Assembly: GCA_026415595.1 (NCBI GenBank)
Contig: JAOAGU010000001.1
Location: 1-43,765 of the forward strand
DNA: 43,765 nucleotides
Direction: 5' to 3'
Source: Thermodesulfovibrio sp.
GTDB taxonomy: Bacteria; Nitrospirota; Thermodesulfovibrionia; Thermodesulfovibrionales; Thermodesulfovibrionaceae
Shown here: positions 1-10,286 of the stretch, piece by piece
How positions within the stretch are numbered: the first letter of the stretch is position 1
Layout of the letters: every line of letters begins with the position of its first letter
Notes under the pieces: model-generated
The model's input: only the letters and a program-made list of their open reading frames with translations
Told to the model about the DNA's origin: nothing
The model's database searches: none
Program-made: the position numbers and the translations under genes

Positions 1-346
1 GGCTATCACCTTCTACAATTGTAAGGGTGTATTCTATTATTTTACCCCGTAAAAGTTTTTCTAAAATTTCAAGTAAGCTCATTTCTTTAGTTATGAGATA
101 ATAACCTGCTCTTGCTCTTTTTTCAATGCCAAGAATTCTTCCTGTGATTTTAAAGATTAATTCATTTTTGATAATTCCTTTTTCTTTAAAGGTAGATGCT
201 ATATAAGTAAAACTTGAGCCTTTTGGTATGTATATTTCTATATCATCTTTTATTTTAACAGGTTCAGTTAATTCTATGGTGATATATAAGCCAATGAAAA
301 TCAAATAAGTTATAGTTACAACTAAGAGGGCTTTCCAAAGTTTCAT
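1..346 (-). CDS. mltG: Endolytic transglycosylase MltG (YceG family), 5' part, runs off window edge
   Basis: Not in ORF track. Manual translation from ATG at 346: MKLWKALLVVTITYLIFIGLYITIEL (TM anchor)...IYIPKGSSFTYIASTFKEKGII...RAGYYLI...LEKLLRGK...LTIVEGDS, the typical MltG N-terminus. Confidence 0.85.
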   Translation of the reverse strand, partial: MKLWKALLVVTITYLIFIGLYITIELTEPVKIKDDIEIYIPKGSSFTYIASTFKEKGIIKNELIFKITGRILGIEKRARAGYYLITKEMSLLEILEKLLRGKIIEYTLTIVEGDS

Positions 347-352
347 TTTTTA

Positions 353-382
353 ATGATATCAAATACTTAGTATTTAGGGCAA
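353..382 (-). promoter_or_regulatory. Sigma-70 promoter for mltG, probably leaderless
   Basis: Minus strand TTGCCC (382-377), 18 nt spacer ending TGA, TATCAT (358-353), 6 nt, then ATG; no SD. Confidence 0.55.
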
Positions 383-417
383 TTTTATGGTAAATTTAAA
401 TTAAAAATAAATAATAT

Positions 418-447
418 TTGACTTTTTCAGATTTTTCATGCTAATTT
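418..447 (+). promoter_or_regulatory. Sigma-70 promoter of hrcA-grpE-dnaK-dnaJ
   Basis: TTGACT (418-423), 18 nt, TGc-TAATTT (442-447), directly upstream of CIRCE. Confidence 0.6.
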
Positions 448-453
448 TAAGTG

Positions 454-480
454 TTAGCACTTAAATATCTGGAGTGCTAA
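454..480 (+). promoter_or_regulatory. CIRCE element (HrcA operator)
   Basis: TTAGCACTT-N9-GAGTGCTAA, one mismatch to TTAGCACTC-N9-GAGTGCTAA, ends 1 nt before hrcA ATG. Confidence 0.95.
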
Positions 481-481
481 A

Positions 482-1528
482 ATGAAGGATATAATGCTTG
501 ATGAAAGAACAAAAAGAGTATTATGTGCAGTAGTGGAGTCCTATATTGAAAAGCCAGAACCTGTAGGCTCCAGATACATAATGAAAAAATACGGTTTTGA
601 CGTTTGTTCTGCTACTATAAGAAACATAATGTCAGATTTAGAGGATGAAGGCTTTCTCTTTCAGCCTCATACTTCTGCAGGAAGGATGCCTACGGACAGG
701 GCTTACAGATTTTATGTAAATTACATTTTTCAAGAATCCATAAGGAGCCAATCAGAGGAAATAAAGAGATATATTGAAAGTCTCACAAAAAGGCTCAGAA
801 AACTCAGGAATGATATGAATTCTCTGTTTCTTGAAACTACCCAGAGTCTATCCCAGTTTACAAAGTATCTTGGTCTGGCACTTTTACCAGAAACTGACAA
901 AACTACTTTACACAGAGTTGATTTTATAAAATTTAGAGATGATCTTGTAATAGCTGTGGTTGTCAATGATAAAGGTATAGTTAAGAATAAAATAATAAAA
1001 GCTTATCCTGGAATAACGCAGCAGGAATTAAACAGTCTTGCAGATTTTGTGAATAGTAAATATCAGGGTAAAGCTTTTGAAGAGATAAGAGAGGATCTAT
1101 TTACAAGAATCAAGAGAGAAAAGATATTCTGGGATAAGTTGATTTCAAAAATTTTAAAGATGTGCCAACAGGCACTTTATTTTTCAAGGGAAGACCTTTA
1201 TATATCTGGTCTCTATAACATTATGCATCTGCCTGATTTTTCTGATATTGAAAAATTAAGGGAAATTGCTAAAACCATTCAGGATAGACATATTTTAATA
1301 AAATTGTTTGAAAGTATTTCTGAAGAGGATGAAATAAAGATTATAATAGGTGATGAAAATCCCTTTGAGGAATTAAGAAACCTTAGCATAATAGCTTCAC
1401 CTTATAAGGAAAAAGATAAATCCTTAGGTGTTATTGCTCTTGTCGGACCAAAGAGAATGGACTATCAGAGAGCCATAATGCTTGTAAATGCTTTTGCAAA
1501 GTCTTTAACAGAGACATTGTCAGAATAG
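482..1528 (+). CDS. hrcA: Heat-inducible transcription repressor HrcA
   Basis: PVGS, SATIRNIMSDLE, QPHTSAGRMPT, GPKRMDY motifs; CIRCE upstream, grpE downstream. Confidence 0.97.
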   Translation: MKDIMLDERTKRVLCAVVESYIEKPEPVGSRYIMKKYGFDVCSATIRNIMSDLEDEGFLFQPHTSAGRMPTDRAYRFYVNYIFQESIRSQSEEIKRYIESLTKRLRKLRNDMNSLFLETTQSLSQFTKYLGLALLPETDKTTLHRVDFIKFRDDLVIAVVVNDKGIVKNKIIKAYPGITQQELNSLADFVNSKYQGKAFEEIREDLFTRIKREKIFWDKLISKILKMCQQALYFSREDLYISGLYNIMHLPDFSDIEKLREIAKTIQDRHILIKLFESISEEDEIKIIIGDENPFEELRNLSIIASPYKEKDKSLGVIALVGPKRMDYQRAIMLVNAFAKSLTETLSE

Positions 1529-1537
1529 GAGGACGAT

Positions 1538-2134
1538 ATGGAGAATTTAAAAAAGGAAAATTCAAATGATGATAGAAATGCTGAAGAGTTAAAATATGAA
1601 GGTGCGGCATTGGAGGACAAACCAAAGGATGTATCTGAAACTCTACAAAAAGAACTGACAGATCAGAGAGATAAATATTTGAGGCTTTATGCTGAATTTG
1701 AAAATTATAAAAGAATGGTTCAAAAGGAAAGAGAGGAATTGATAAATTATGCCAATGAGAAACTTATCAAAGATTTATTGCCTGTGATAGATAATTTTGA
1801 GCTTGCAGTAAAGCATGCCTCAGGTGAGGAAAGTTCCAAATGGCTTGAAAGCATGAAGACAGGTGTTGAAAACACTCTTAAAGAATTTTTCCGAATTCTT
1901 GAAAAATATGGAGTAAAGCCCATTGATTCCGTAGGGCAACTTTTTAATCCAGAAGTGCATCATGCAGTTACCACTGTGGAAACAGATGATAAAGAAGAAA
2001 ATATGGTTGTTGAAGAACTACGTAAAGGGTACTTTTATAAGGATAAACTTCTTAGAGAACCTCTTGTAGTAGTATCTAAAAGGCCAAAACCCTCAGAGGA
2101 GGGCAGAGCACACCCTTCGGGTGTTGAGAGTTAA
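1538..2134 (+). CDS. grpE: Nucleotide exchange factor GrpE
   Basis: LRLYAEFENYKR, LLPVIDNFELA, FNPEVHHAV, KGY...LLREPLVVV; synteny. Confidence 0.97.
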   Translation: MENLKKENSNDDRNAEELKYEGAALEDKPKDVSETLQKELTDQRDKYLRLYAEFENYKRMVQKEREELINYANEKLIKDLLPVIDNFELAVKHASGEESSKWLESMKTGVENTLKEFFRILEKYGVKPIDSVGQLFNPEVHHAVTTVETDDKEENMVVEELRKGYFYKDKLLREPLVVVSKRPKPSEEGRAHPSGVES

Positions 2135-2152
2135 ATTTAAGGAGGATTAGTT

Positions 2153-4051
2153 ATGGGAAAGGCAATAGGAATAGACCTTGGTACAACAAACTCTGTTGTG
2201 GCAGTAGTAGTAGGTGGTGAGCCTGTTGTTATCCCCAATCAAGAAGGCCAGAGAACCACTCCCTCTGTGGTTGCCTTCACTGATAAGGGAGAAAGACTTG
2301 TTGGACAGGTTGCCAAAAGACAAGCAATAACAAACCCTGAAAATACAATTTTTTCTATAAAGAGACTTATGGGAAGAAAATATAACTCTCCAGAGGTTCA
2401 GGAGGCAAAAAAGAGGCTTCCATACAAAATCGTAGAGGCTCCAAATGGTGATGCCCATGTAGAGATAATGGGTAAAAGATATTCACCTCCTGAAATATCT
2501 GCTATGATACTTCAGAAACTTAAACAGGCAGCAGAGGACTATTTAGGAGAATCAGTTATTGATGCAGTAATAACAGTACCAGCCTATTTTGATGACAGTC
2601 AACGTCAGGCAACAAAGGATGCTGGACGGATTGCAGGACTTAATGTTTTAAGAATTATCAATGAACCTACAGCTGCAGCACTTGCATATGGACTGGATAA
2701 GAAAAAGGAGGAAAAAATAGCTGTCTATGACCTCGGCGGCGGAACCTTTGATATCTCCATACTTGAAATAGGCGAGGGTGTTATTGAAGTTAAAGCAACA
2801 AATGGAGATACTTACTTAGGTGGTGATGACTTTGATATAAGAGTAATGGATTGGCTTATAGATGAATTCAAAAAACAAGAAGGAATTGACCTTCGTAAAG
2901 ACAGAATGGCTCTTCAGAGACTTAAAGAGGCAGCTGAAAGAGCAAAAATAGAACTCAGTTCAGCAATGGAAACAGAGATTAATTTACCATTTATAACCGC
3001 TGATGCTTCAGGACCGAAGCATTTACTTATGAAACTAAGCAGAGCCAAACTTGAACAACTCGTTGAAGATCTCATAGAAAAAAGTCTTGGCCCCTGTAAA
3101 AAGGCTCTTGATGATTCCGGACTTTCAACTTCTCAGATAGATGAAGTAATACTTGTGGGTGGTCAGACAAGAACACCAAAGGTTCAGAAAGTTGTGCAGG
3201 ATTTCTTTGGAAAAGAGCCTCATAAAGGTGTTAATCCAGATGAAGTTGTAGCTGTTGGTGCAGCTATTCAGGCAGCAATTCTTAAGGGTGAGGTAAAGGA
3301 AGTATTACTTCTTGATGTAACACCTCTTTCACTGGGGATTGAAACACTTGGAGGTGTATTCACTAAGATTATTGAGAGAAATACAACAATACCAACTAAG
3401 AAATCCCAGATATTCACAACCGCAGCAGATAATCAGACAGCAGTTACAATAAAGGTTTATCAAGGGGAAAGAGAAATGGCAGCAGATAACAAACTTCTCG
3501 GAGTGTTTGAGCTTGTGGGAATTCCACCGGCTCCAAGAGGTATTCCACAGATAGAAGTTACATTTGACATTGATGCAAACGGAATTTTACATGTATCTGC
3601 AAAAGACCTGGCAACTGGTAAAGAACAGTCAATTAGAATTACTGCTTCAAGCGGGCTCAGTGAGGAAGAGATAAAGAAAATGATTAGAGATGCTGAATCT
3701 CATGCTGAGGAAGACAGACGTAAAAGACAGCTTGCAGAGGCAAGAAATGATGCAGACAACATGATATATACAGTGGAAAAGACTCTAAGGGATATAAGTG
3801 ACAGAGTCCAAGAGGATGAAAAGAAGAGGATTGAAGAAGCAATTGAGAAATGCAGAAGAATTAAAGATACAAGTAATGATGTCAATGAAATAAAGTCTGC
3901 AGTGGAAGAACTTGCAAGAGCCTCTCACAGGATAGCAGAGGAACTTTATAAAAAATCAGCTGCTTCGGGGCAAGGAGCAGGAAGTGGAACGCAGTCAAAG
4001 AAAGAGGATGATGTAATTGAGGCTGAGGTAGAGGACAAAGATAATAAATGA
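2153..4051 (+). CDS. dnaK: Chaperone DnaK (Hsp70)
   Basis: [35 protein letters not shown]. Confidence 0.99.
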   Translation: MGKAIGIDLGTTNSVVAVVVGGEPVVIPNQEGQRTTPSVVAFTDKGERLVGQVAKRQAITNPENTIFSIKRLMGRKYNSPEVQEAKKRLPYKIVEAPNGDAHVEIMGKRYSPPEISAMILQKLKQAAEDYLGESVIDAVITVPAYFDDSQRQATKDAGRIAGLNVLRIINEPTAAALAYGLDKKKEEKIAVYDLGGGTFDISILEIGEGVIEVKATNGDTYLGGDDFDIRVMDWLIDEFKKQEGIDLRKDRMALQRLKEAAERAKIELSSAMETEINLPFITADASGPKHLLMKLSRAKLEQLVEDLIEKSLGPCKKALDDSGLSTSQIDEVILVGGQTRTPKVQKVVQDFFGKEPHKGVNPDEVVAVGAAIQAAILKGEVKEVLLLDVTPLSLGIETLGGVFTKIIERNTTIPTKKSQIFTTAADNQTAVTIKVYQGEREMAADNKLLGVFELVGIPPAPRGIPQIEVTFDIDANGILHVSAKDLATGKEQSIRITASSGLSEEEIKKMIRDAESHAEEDRRKRQLAEARNDADNMIYTVEKTLRDISDRVQEDEKKRIEEAIEKCRRIKDTSNDVNEIKSAVEELARASHRIAEELYKKSAASGQGAGSGTQSKKEDDVIEAEVEDKDNK

Positions 4052-5148
4052 AAGACTATTATAGTATCTTAGGTGTAAGCCGGGACGCCTCTCAGGAAGA
4101 AATAAAAAAGGCGTTCCGGCGTCTTGCCAGACAATACCATCCAGATTTGAATCATGGAAACAAAGAGGCAGAGGAAAAGTTTAAAGAAATCAATGAAGCC
4201 TATTCTTGTCTTTCTGATCCTGTTAGAAGAGCTAACTATGATAGATATGGAACAGCAGAAGGACCTATGGGTAATGGATTTGGCTTTGAAACCCATTCTA
4301 CTTTCACTGATATTTTTGAGGATATATTTGAAGGTTTCTTTGGAAGCTTTGGGTTTAAGAAAAACAGACCAACAAAGGGTGCTGATTTAAGATATGACCT
4401 TACAATTAACCTTGAAGAAGCAGCTTTTGGAGTTGAAAAAGAAATAAAGTTCCATCGTTGGCAAGAATGCAGTAATTGTAATGGTTCAGGAGTTAGACCA
4501 GGCAGTTTTCCAGCAAACTGTTCTTCCTGCGGAGGAAGTGGATATATTAGATATAATCAAGGGTTTTTTTCAGTTTCAAAGACCTGTGCTAAATGTGGTG
4601 GAAAGGGGAAAATTATAAAAGACCCATGTTCAGAATGCTCAGGCAAGGGTAAATTAAGGGTTGAAAATACTCTTAACATAAAAATCCCACCAGGTGTTGA
4701 TACAGGAACAAGGCTTAAGGTAACAGGTGAGGGTGAGCTTGGAGAATTCGGTGGCCCAAGAGGAGACCTATATATACATATTAACGTGAAAGAGCACGAT
4801 TTTTTCAGAAGAGAGGGAATAAATCTGTATTGTTCTGTTCCGATATCCTTTGTCAAAGCAGTCTTTGGTGGAGATATAGAAGTTTCAACTCTTGATGGTA
4901 AAGAGAAAATATCAATACCAGCAGGAACACCTTCTGGTACAGTTTTTAAAATAAAGGGGAAAGGCTTACCAAGGGTAGGTAGCACTCAAAGGGGAGATCA
5001 GATTGTCACTGTATATATTGAAGTTCCAAAGAGACTTAATGAAAGGCAGAAGGAACTTCTTGAAGAATTTGCAAAACTCTCAGGTGAGGAGATAAAGAAG
5101 AGTTCCAGAGGTTTTAGAGAAAAATTGAAGGATATATTTTCAACATAG
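4048..5148 (+). CDS. dnaJ: Chaperone DnaJ
   Basis: J domain with HPD, G/F region, four CxxCxGxG repeats. Confidence 0.98.
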   Translation: MKDYYSILGVSRDASQEEIKKAFRRLARQYHPDLNHGNKEAEEKFKEINEAYSCLSDPVRRANYDRYGTAEGPMGNGFGFETHSTFTDIFEDIFEGFFGSFGFKKNRPTKGADLRYDLTINLEEAAFGVEKEIKFHRWQECSNCNGSGVRPGSFPANCSSCGGSGYIRYNQGFFSVSKTCAKCGGKGKIIKDPCSECSGKGKLRVENTLNIKIPPGVDTGTRLKVTGEGELGEFGGPRGDLYIHINVKEHDFFRREGINLYCSVPISFVKAVFGGDIEVSTLDGKEKISIPAGTPSGTVFKIKGKGLPRVGSTQRGDQIVTVYIEVPKRLNERQKELLEEFAKLSGEEIKKSSRGFREKLKDIFST

Positions 5149-5186
5149 GAGTAGGTTTTTGACATAAAAGTGTTTACACTCTTTTC

Positions 5187-5243
5187 TGTCATCCTGAGAG
5201 ACAGCGAAGGATCCGCTTTATCAGTTCGCTTCTGGGAATGATA
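5187..5243 (+). repeat. Degenerate palindromic (REP-like) element in 5' region of metal ABC operon
   Basis: TGTCATCCTGAGAGACAGCGAAGGATCC...TTCGCTTCTGGGAATGATA; AGCGAA/TTCGCT pair and the TGTCAT/ATGATA ends pair. Confidence 0.45.
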
Positions 5244-5257
5244 AAAAAGGAGGTAAC

Positions 5258-6184
5258 GTGATTAAGGATTATCAAAAAACAAAAGATTTTTTCTCTTTTT
5301 TTAAAGTTTCTCTAATAATTCTAAGCCTTATTTTATTTGCTTGTTACAAAGAACCGGAAAAGATAGAAAGGAAACCATCAACTCTTAAAGTCTATACAAG
5401 CCTCTTTGCTTTTGAACACTTTGTAAAAAATATCTTACCCGATGCAGAAATTGAAAGTTTAATTCCTAAGGGTGTTGACCCGCATCAGTTTGAACCTTCT
5501 TTAAAGGATATTCAAAATCTATACAGCGCAAATATGATAATCTATATTGGAGATACTGATCTGGATAGATGGATAGATAAAATAAAAGATGAACTAATTC
5601 AGAGGGGAATAAGGATAATCAGACTTCAGGACAGTTTAACACTTAAAAAATACCATTCTTCAAAGGAGTTAGACCCCCATATATGGTTAGATCCAGTAAT
5701 ATCATTGGAAATTTTAAAACTTATAAAAAACATTATCGTGGAACTATCTCCAAAAGGAAAAGATATCATTAATAGAAATTTTGCTAATTACGAACAAAAG
5801 CTTAAAGAACTTGATAATGCTTACAGAGAAACTCTATCAAAATGTATATTAAAAGATGTAATATCAACTCATGAATTTTTGAACTATCTTGGTGCAAGAT
5901 ATGGATTTACTTCCCATTTCATAGTCCAGAAACCAGAAAATGAACCATCACCAAAGAAAATCAAAATGCTTAAAGAACTTATTAAGAAAAAAGGCATAGT
6001 ATACGTAATTTCAGAGCCAGAAGGAGAAAAAATTGCAAAAATATTCTCCCAAGAAACCGGAACAAAGATATTGAATTTTAATACCTATCACACAGTAACT
6101 GAAAAAGATTACATAAATGCTATGAAAGATAATTTAAAGGTTTTAGCTACTGTTTTGAAATGTGAAATAAAAAATGGCAGATGA
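5258..6184 (+). CDS. znuA: Zn/Mn ABC transporter substrate-binding lipoprotein (ZnuA/AdcA/TroA family)
   Basis: Lipobox LFAC, DPHQFEPS, DPHIWLDP, STHEFLNYL; SD AGGAGG, GTG start. Metal specificity inferred. Confidence 0.85.
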   Translation: MIKDYQKTKDFFSFFKVSLIILSLILFACYKEPEKIERKPSTLKVYTSLFAFEHFVKNILPDAEIESLIPKGVDPHQFEPSLKDIQNLYSANMIIYIGDTDLDRWIDKIKDELIQRGIRIIRLQDSLTLKKYHSSKELDPHIWLDPVISLEILKLIKNIIVELSPKGKDIINRNFANYEQKLKELDNAYRETLSKCILKDVISTHEFLNYLGARYGFTSHFIVQKPENEPSPKKIKMLKELIKKKGIVYVISEPEGEKIAKIFSQETGTKILNFNTYHTVTEKDYINAMKDNLKVLATVLKCEIKNGR

Positions 6185-6923
6185 AAAACTTAGAATTTTA
6201 CCATCTAAAAAAGGTTCTTTAATCAGTATTTCCCATGTTACCTATATTACTAATGGTGTTAAAATTCTTGAAGATATTGATTTTCAGATAGACGAGGGCT
6301 GCTATCTTGGAATAATAGGTCCGAATGGTGCTGGCAAAACTACTTTATTAAAGTTAATTCTCGGCATAATAAGACCTAACAGAGGCAAAATACTTATTCA
6401 AGGGGTTGAACCAGAAGAATATCTTAAATATGAACCAATAGGATACTTACCACAAAGAATCTCTCAGACTATATATGAAGTTCCGATTACAGTTGAGGAA
6501 CTTGTTAGAATCGGAATTGAAAAATTTAAAAAGGATAATATTGAATGGGCAATGGATCTATTTAAGATATCTAATATTAGGAAAAAATGCCTAAGGGAGC
6601 TTTCTGAAGGAGAACGCCAAAAAGCCTTTTTAGCAAGAGCCATTGTATCAAAGCCAAGAATTCTACTTTTAGATGAACCTACAACAGGCATAGATCCAAA
6701 TGCAAGAGATGACCTTTTAGTGATACTTGAGACACTAAACAAAGATTTTAGTATGACTATTTTGGTGGTCACTCATGATATAGCTACCTTTGCCCATGAG
6801 TCAAAATGTATTTTGTGTTTAAATAAGAGAATGGTTTGTCTTGGAGAACCGCAGAGGATACTAAAAGATGAATACATGCAGATGCTCTATCCTGAACATA
6901 CAGTTTTCCATCATAAGTTATGA
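6174..6923 (+). CDS. znuC: Metal ABC transporter ATP-binding protein
   Basis: GPNGAGKTT, IGYLPQ, signature variant LSEGE, LLLDEPT, VTHD. Confidence 0.88.
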   Translation: MADEKLRILPSKKGSLISISHVTYITNGVKILEDIDFQIDEGCYLGIIGPNGAGKTTLLKLILGIIRPNRGKILIQGVEPEEYLKYEPIGYLPQRISQTIYEVPITVEELVRIGIEKFKKDNIEWAMDLFKISNIRKKCLRELSEGERQKAFLARAIVSKPRILLLDEPTTGIDPNARDDLLVILETLNKDFSMTILVVTHDIATFAHESKCILCLNKRMVCLGEPQRILKDEYMQMLYPEHTVFHHKL

Positions 6924-7717
6924 TAGAAATTTTTGAATTAAGTGTAATTAAACGAGCGTTTATAGTTGTGAGTGTAATATCGCCATTAGCTCCTCTTTTT
7001 GGAGTATTTCTAATTTTAAGAAGATACGCCTTTTTTGCCGATACTCTTGCTCATGTAGGTTTTCTTGCCTTAGCTATCAGTGTATTTTTTAATATCAACT
7101 CACTCTTAATGCTTATATTGCTAAGTATAGCTGTTTCAGTATCTGTAGAACATCTTCGCTCAAAAGGAAGGCTTCCTGCAGAAGGTTCCCTGTCTTTCTT
7201 TCTATATGCAGGTGTTGCTTTGTCAGTTCTTTTTATAACTTTTTCAGGTAAAACAGGTTCGGTTATGAGCATTCTTTTTGGCAGTCTTTCCACTGTAACA
7301 AAAGAAGACATATATACAATATTAGCAGGAGCCTGTATTTGCCTGCTATTTTTAGTAAAGTATTATAAAAAAATAATAAGTCTTTGCATAGATGAAGACC
7401 TTGCCCATGCAGCTGGTATAAATTTATCTTTTCTTAAAATAATAGTGGCAGTTATGATAGCTTTATGTATTTCCATATCAATAAAAACAATGGGAGCTCT
7501 TTTAATAGGTGCTTTAATGATTATTCCACCTTTAAGTGCCATGCAGATTGCAAAAAGTCTCAGGGCTACTGCTGTTTTATCAATTATTTTTTCAATTTTT
7601 TCATCCTATGCAGGCATTTTTCTATCCTATTATTTAGGTATTCCCCTTGGTGCAGCCATATCAGTTATTTTAATAGCAATATTTATTTTTTCTTTTATTG
7701 TTAAAGTAGTTAGATAG
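6920..7717 (+). CDS. znuB: Metal ABC transporter permease (ABC-3 family)
   Basis: GVFLILRRYAFFADTLAH, ILFGS, DEDLAHAAGI, multi-TM. Confidence 0.88.
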   Translation: MIEIFELSVIKRAFIVVSVISPLAPLFGVFLILRRYAFFADTLAHVGFLALAISVFFNINSLLMLILLSIAVSVSVEHLRSKGRLPAEGSLSFFLYAGVALSVLFITFSGKTGSVMSILFGSLSTVTKEDIYTILAGACICLLFLVKYYKKIISLCIDEDLAHAAGINLSFLKIIVAVMIALCISISIKTMGALLIGALMIIPPLSAMQIAKSLRATAVLSIIFSIFSSYAGIFLSYYLGIPLGAAISVILIAIFIFSFIVKVVR

Positions 7718-7728
7718 TAGGAACAAAA

Positions 7729-10143
7729 CTATATATCTTTTTTCTCATTTTCTTTTTCTTTATCTTTTTTCTTCAATAACTCTGACATTTCATCGAGCTT
7801 TTTCATTACAAAATAATTAATCGTGCCCTCAGGATATGTTCCATCTGGCTGGAGTTCACCTGCTTTCATGTCTGTTAATATTTCAAGCCCTTCCTCTGCA
7901 TATTCAATAGCGTATATATGGAATTTGCCCTCATCAATTGCTTTTTGTATTTCCTCTTTGAGCATAAGATGTTTAATATTCCTCTTAGGGATTATTACTC
8001 CATGACTTCCATCGAGCCCACGGATTTTACAGAGTTCAAAAAATCCTTCAATCTTTTCGTTTATTCCGCCAACTGGTTGAACTTCACCTTTCTGGTCCAT
8101 TGACCCAGTTACTGCTATGTTTTGCTTAAGCGGAATCTCTGCGATGCTACTCAGAAGTGCATAAAGTTCAGCACATGTTGCACTATCACCTTCTATCATT
8201 TCATAGAGTTGTTCAAATGTTAGCGATGCACTAAGGGTTATTGGTTTTTTTATAGCATATTTACTCCAGAGATAACTTGACAGAATCATTATTGCCTTTT
8301 CATGGATTTTCCCGGACATTTTTGTTTCTCTCTCTATATTGACAATGCCTGCCTTACCTAAATAAACCCTTGCAGTGATTCGAGAGGGTTTACCGAAACT
8401 GTAATCACCAAGGTCAAGCACTGCAAGTCCGTTAATCTGTCCTACTTTGCTTCCTGAGCTTTCAACAATTAGCACATCCTCAAGAATAAGTTCTCTTAAT
8501 TTTTCCTCTATGCTCGATGATCTGTAAACTTTTTGCTCGAGTGCATTAATTACGTGTTTGGATTCAACAACATTTTTACCATCTTTTTTAGCCCAGTAGT
8601 GGGATTCTCTTATTAGGTCTGCAATGGAACTAAATTGAGTTGAAAGCTTTTCCTGATGTTCTGCAAGTCTTGAGCCATATTCCACAATCTTTGCAACAGC
8701 AGAGCGGTGGAACGGTAAAAGATCCTCTTCTTTCTGGCAGAGAGAGATAAATTGGGCATATTTTGTAATGTTTTCTTGATTTCTTGGCATTCTGATATCA
8801 AAATCAGCTTTTACTTTAAAGAGTTCTTTATATTCGTCGTCATAGTTATAGAGCAAATAATAAAGAAAAGGTGTACCTGTAAGGATTACCTTTACATTAA
8901 GTGGAATTGGTTCAGGTCTTAAAGTAGAAGTTGTTATGAGCCTGTATTGTTCCCATACATCTTCAATCCTAATTTCTTTATTTCTAAGTGCTCTTTTAAG
9001 TGAATCATAAGAGAATAAATTTTTTAATAAGGCTAAAGCATCTATGACAATGTATCCACCATTTGCTTTGTGAAGTGAGCCCGCTTTTATCATGGTGAAA
9101 TCTGTAATAGCCATCCCATATTGAATTTTATATTCAATGCTTCCGAAAAGATTTAGATAAGTAGGATTTGGCTCATATAGAACAGGTGCGCCTTCTGTAG
9201 CAGAGTTATCAACGAGAATGTTGACAGTATATTTTACAAAAGAAACGTCTCGCGGTATTTTCATAAATGGAGGTATAGGAGGTGTTACCTCTTCCTGAAT
9301 CTTAAAATCCTGAAGATTATTGAGAATATCTTCTTTTACAGCATCAAGATATTGAATAATTTTTTCATTAAAAGAATACCGACTTTTTAACTCCTCTATA
9401 GGCTGTTCTATTACATCAAGAGCGATCTGTCTCTCTAACTTTACAAGCATTTCTTTGACCATTTTATCTGCTTCACGAACAGCTCTTACCACATCATCAA
9501 GTTTTTCTTGAAGCATCTTCCCAATTTCATCAATTCGTTTTCTTGTGTCAAGATCAAGAGCCTGGAATTCTTCTTCTGTAAGAGGTTCTCCATCTCTTTT
9601 TATGGGAACAATTATAAGTCCTGCCAAAGCTTTTCTGATGGCAAAACCTTTATTTCTTGCTTCTTCTTCTATGGCTGAAAACCATTCCTTTTGTTTTTGC
9701 TGAAACTCCTCAAGTATTTTATTCCTCTGTTTGTCATACTCCTTTGATTCAAAAGCCTTTGGAATCTCTGTTTTAAGAGTATTTATAAGATTTCCCATGT
9801 CATTTTGGAACTCCTTAGCTTTTCCTGCGGGAAGACTTACTGCTATTGGATTGTCAGGTTTTTTAAAGTTATAAAGATAACACCAGTCAGGAGGTATAGG
9901 TTCATTTTTAACTTTTTCTGAAAGAAGAGTCCTGATAGCACGCATCTTGCCCGTACCTTGAGCACCTAAGGCATATATATTAAAACCTTTTGCAGGTAGA
10001 TTTAATCCAAAATCAAGTGCAGCAATGGCTCTGTCCTGTCCAATTGTGCCTGTAAGAGGTTTTTCATCAAGGGTTGTTTCAAATTTAAAAGTATATTCAT
10101 CACATTTTTTATATACGTCTTGAGATGTTAACTTTAATATCAT
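7729..10143 (-). CDS. Lon-like protease (peptidase S16, LonC/YcbZ-type with AAA-like domain)
   Basis: IGQDRA, GAQGTGK, coiled-coil insert, GSLHKANGGY, GQINGLAV, Ser-Lys dyad EGDSAT...GGINEKIEG. Confidence 0.9.
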   Translation of the reverse strand: MILKLTSQDVYKKCDEYTFKFETTLDEKPLTGTIGQDRAIAALDFGLNLPAKGFNIYALGAQGTGKMRAIRTLLSEKVKNEPIPPDWCYLYNFKKPDNPIAVSLPAGKAKEFQNDMGNLINTLKTEIPKAFESKEYDKQRNKILEEFQQKQKEWFSAIEEEARNKGFAIRKALAGLIIVPIKRDGEPLTEEEFQALDLDTRKRIDEIGKMLQEKLDDVVRAVREADKMVKEMLVKLERQIALDVIEQPIEELKSRYSFNEKIIQYLDAVKEDILNNLQDFKIQEEVTPPIPPFMKIPRDVSFVKYTVNILVDNSATEGAPVLYEPNPTYLNLFGSIEYKIQYGMAITDFTMIKAGSLHKANGGYIVIDALALLKNLFSYDSLKRALRNKEIRIEDVWEQYRLITTSTLRPEPIPLNVKVILTGTPFLYYLLYNYDDEYKELFKVKADFDIRMPRNQENITKYAQFISLCQKEEDLLPFHRSAVAKIVEYGSRLAEHQEKLSTQFSSIADLIRESHYWAKKDGKNVVESKHVINALEQKVYRSSSIEEKLRELILEDVLIVESSGSKVGQINGLAVLDLGDYSFGKPSRITARVYLGKAGIVNIERETKMSGKIHEKAIMILSSYLWSKYAIKKPITLSASLTFEQLYEMIEGDSATCAELYALLSSIAEIPLKQNIAVTGSMDQKGEVQPVGGINEKIEGFFELCKIRGLDGSHGVIIPKRNIKHLMLKEEIQKAIDEGKFHIYAIEYAEEGLEILTDMKAGELQPDGTYPEGTINYFVMKKLDEMSELLKKKDKEKENEKKDI

Positions 10144-10214
10144 TTTTACCTCCTTGAAAAGTTTTTTTATTATAACACTTTATAATTAGGAATTAGGAAA
10201 ATATCTTAGCTTCA

Positions 10215-10244
10215 TTGACAAAATAATTTATTAAGTATTAAGAT
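10215..10244 (+). promoter_or_regulatory. Sigma-70 promoter of trxA operon
   Basis: TTGACA (10215-10220), 18 nt, TAAGAT (10239-10244). Confidence 0.55.
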
Positions 10245-10286
10245 TTATTTTTAAAACTATGATTTTCCAAAATATTGGAGGTGATA

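Noticed and set aside
6598-6615. ABC signature LSEGE instead of LSGGQ as a sign of an inactive ATPase
   Set aside because: The key Ser and last Gly plus Walker A/B and H-loop are intact; the variation is tolerable
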